Program-made: the position numbers and the translations under genes
In this document: positions 63,401-64,000 of the stretch, one piece after another
Numbering within the stretch: position 1 is the stretch's first letter
How the letters are laid out: the number at the start of each line of letters is the position of its first letter
The notes under the pieces: model-generated
Told to the model about the DNA's origin: nothing
What the model saw: only the letters and a program-made list of their open reading frames with translations
Databases searched by the model: none
NCBI RefSeq assembly: GCF_002571385.2
Contig: NW_019217913.1
Location: forward strand, 308,149-372,148
DNA from: Stylophora pistillata
Taxonomy: Eukaryota
Direction: 5' to 3'
Length of the DNA stretch: 64,000 nt

Positions 63401-64000
63401 AGCACATTTGAACACATTTTTCAAAGGGCTGAGAAACTCTTTGGATCATAAAATGCGGTAAGAAGGACATTTTTGCGCAAAATTTTTTGTGGCGAAGAAA
63501 AAAAAATTACACCCCAGGGGAGGATATCCACAGTAAACTCGTGTGTGGGAAATTAACGTCTCCTACTCCAACTCTGCAGGAGACGGGACCTCCATTTATT
63601 AATCCCTATCCGAGAAAACTAGAATATCTAACCATTTCCTTATGTTATAGAAAGGTAGCAAATTCTTCTCAATTATTTTAAGACCCTGAGTGTTGGTACG
63701 GCCGGGGCTCGAACCCTCGACCTCCCGCATAACAGTCCAGCGCTCTATCCATTGAGCTAACCGGGAGGCGGTTAGCTCAATGGATAGAGCGTCAGTTAGT
63801 CAGTTCAAAGCGCTATTTGAAAGAAATGCACATGGAATGAGTCCAGTCTGTAGATACAATTTTCTGCCATATTAATTAATGTTTCCTTGAGCTAAAAATG
63901 AGGTCATTCGTGTTCATGTTGTCTTACCGTCTGGGCACGATGGACAGCACTGCCCCTCTTCTACCTTCGGCCGAGCACACGACGTAGTTGGACAGCGGTT
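51498..64000 (-). CDS. CHRD: Chordin (BMP antagonist), 5' end outside the window. Exons: >64000-63928, 62923-62809, 62724-62631, 61647-61503, 58974-58852, 58533-58433, 58312-58162, 58024-57918, 57763-57644, 57103-56947, 56479-56238, 54766-54503, 54414-54318, 54023-53863, 53735-53633, 53422-53378, 53280-53183, 52067-51968, 51505-51498
   Basis: Exons join in phase. They give the end of VWC1 (CP..SC..P...GQCCPSCP), four CHRD repeats (GVGRAHFTL, SNALASFNL, LSGREAPRPTMTGASGYASF, LSGNEVVPRIQTGAAGQAWFSLDKSCALHYHLIISG..PQGELRSQV) and three VWC domains including WYPYVQPFGYMRCHACTC and WKPYFPIFGSSRCITCRC. This is the canonical chordin domain order. Confidence 0.93.
63512..63770 (-). mobile_element. tRNA-derived SINE in a chordin intron
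   Basis: Minus strand has A box TAGCTCAATGG and B box GGTTCGAGCCC, followed by a body shared with the copy at 3632. Confidence 0.8.

Noticed and set aside
63690-63770. tRNA gene
   Set aside because: A and B boxes run straight into a SINE body shared with 3632-3880, and there is no proper acceptor stem.

Overview
Eukaryotic animal genomic DNA with spliceosomal introns and one 373-N gap. It is most likely an anthozoan cnidarian (stony coral); this is an inference from the repeat families and the chordin sequence. The left ~31 kb holds the most striking feature, a head-to-tail minus-strand array of six single-pass membrane signalling genes. One is a spliced signal peptide-SRCR-TM receptor. The other five have almost no ectodomain (type III), and each has its whole CDS in one exon. 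Their disordered tails carry phosphotyrosine-type docking motifs (two canonical-spacing ITAMs, many YxN and YxxL/I/V sites) and proline-rich SH3-type motifs, like vertebrate LAT/PAG/CD3zeta/FcRgamma adaptors. Next come a divergently transcribed 3-exon CARD-caspase, a fold-back THAP/ISL2EU-type transposon remnant, and RER1, which has a decayed L2/CR1 LINE in its probable first intron and an in-frame TAA in coding exon 4. The right end holds most of a chordin gene on the minus strand, whose 5' end lies beyond the window. SINEs, MITEs and a 56-bp purine-rich minisatellite are interspersed. Exon structures were read by eye from GT-AG sites and phase continuity; no database search was run.
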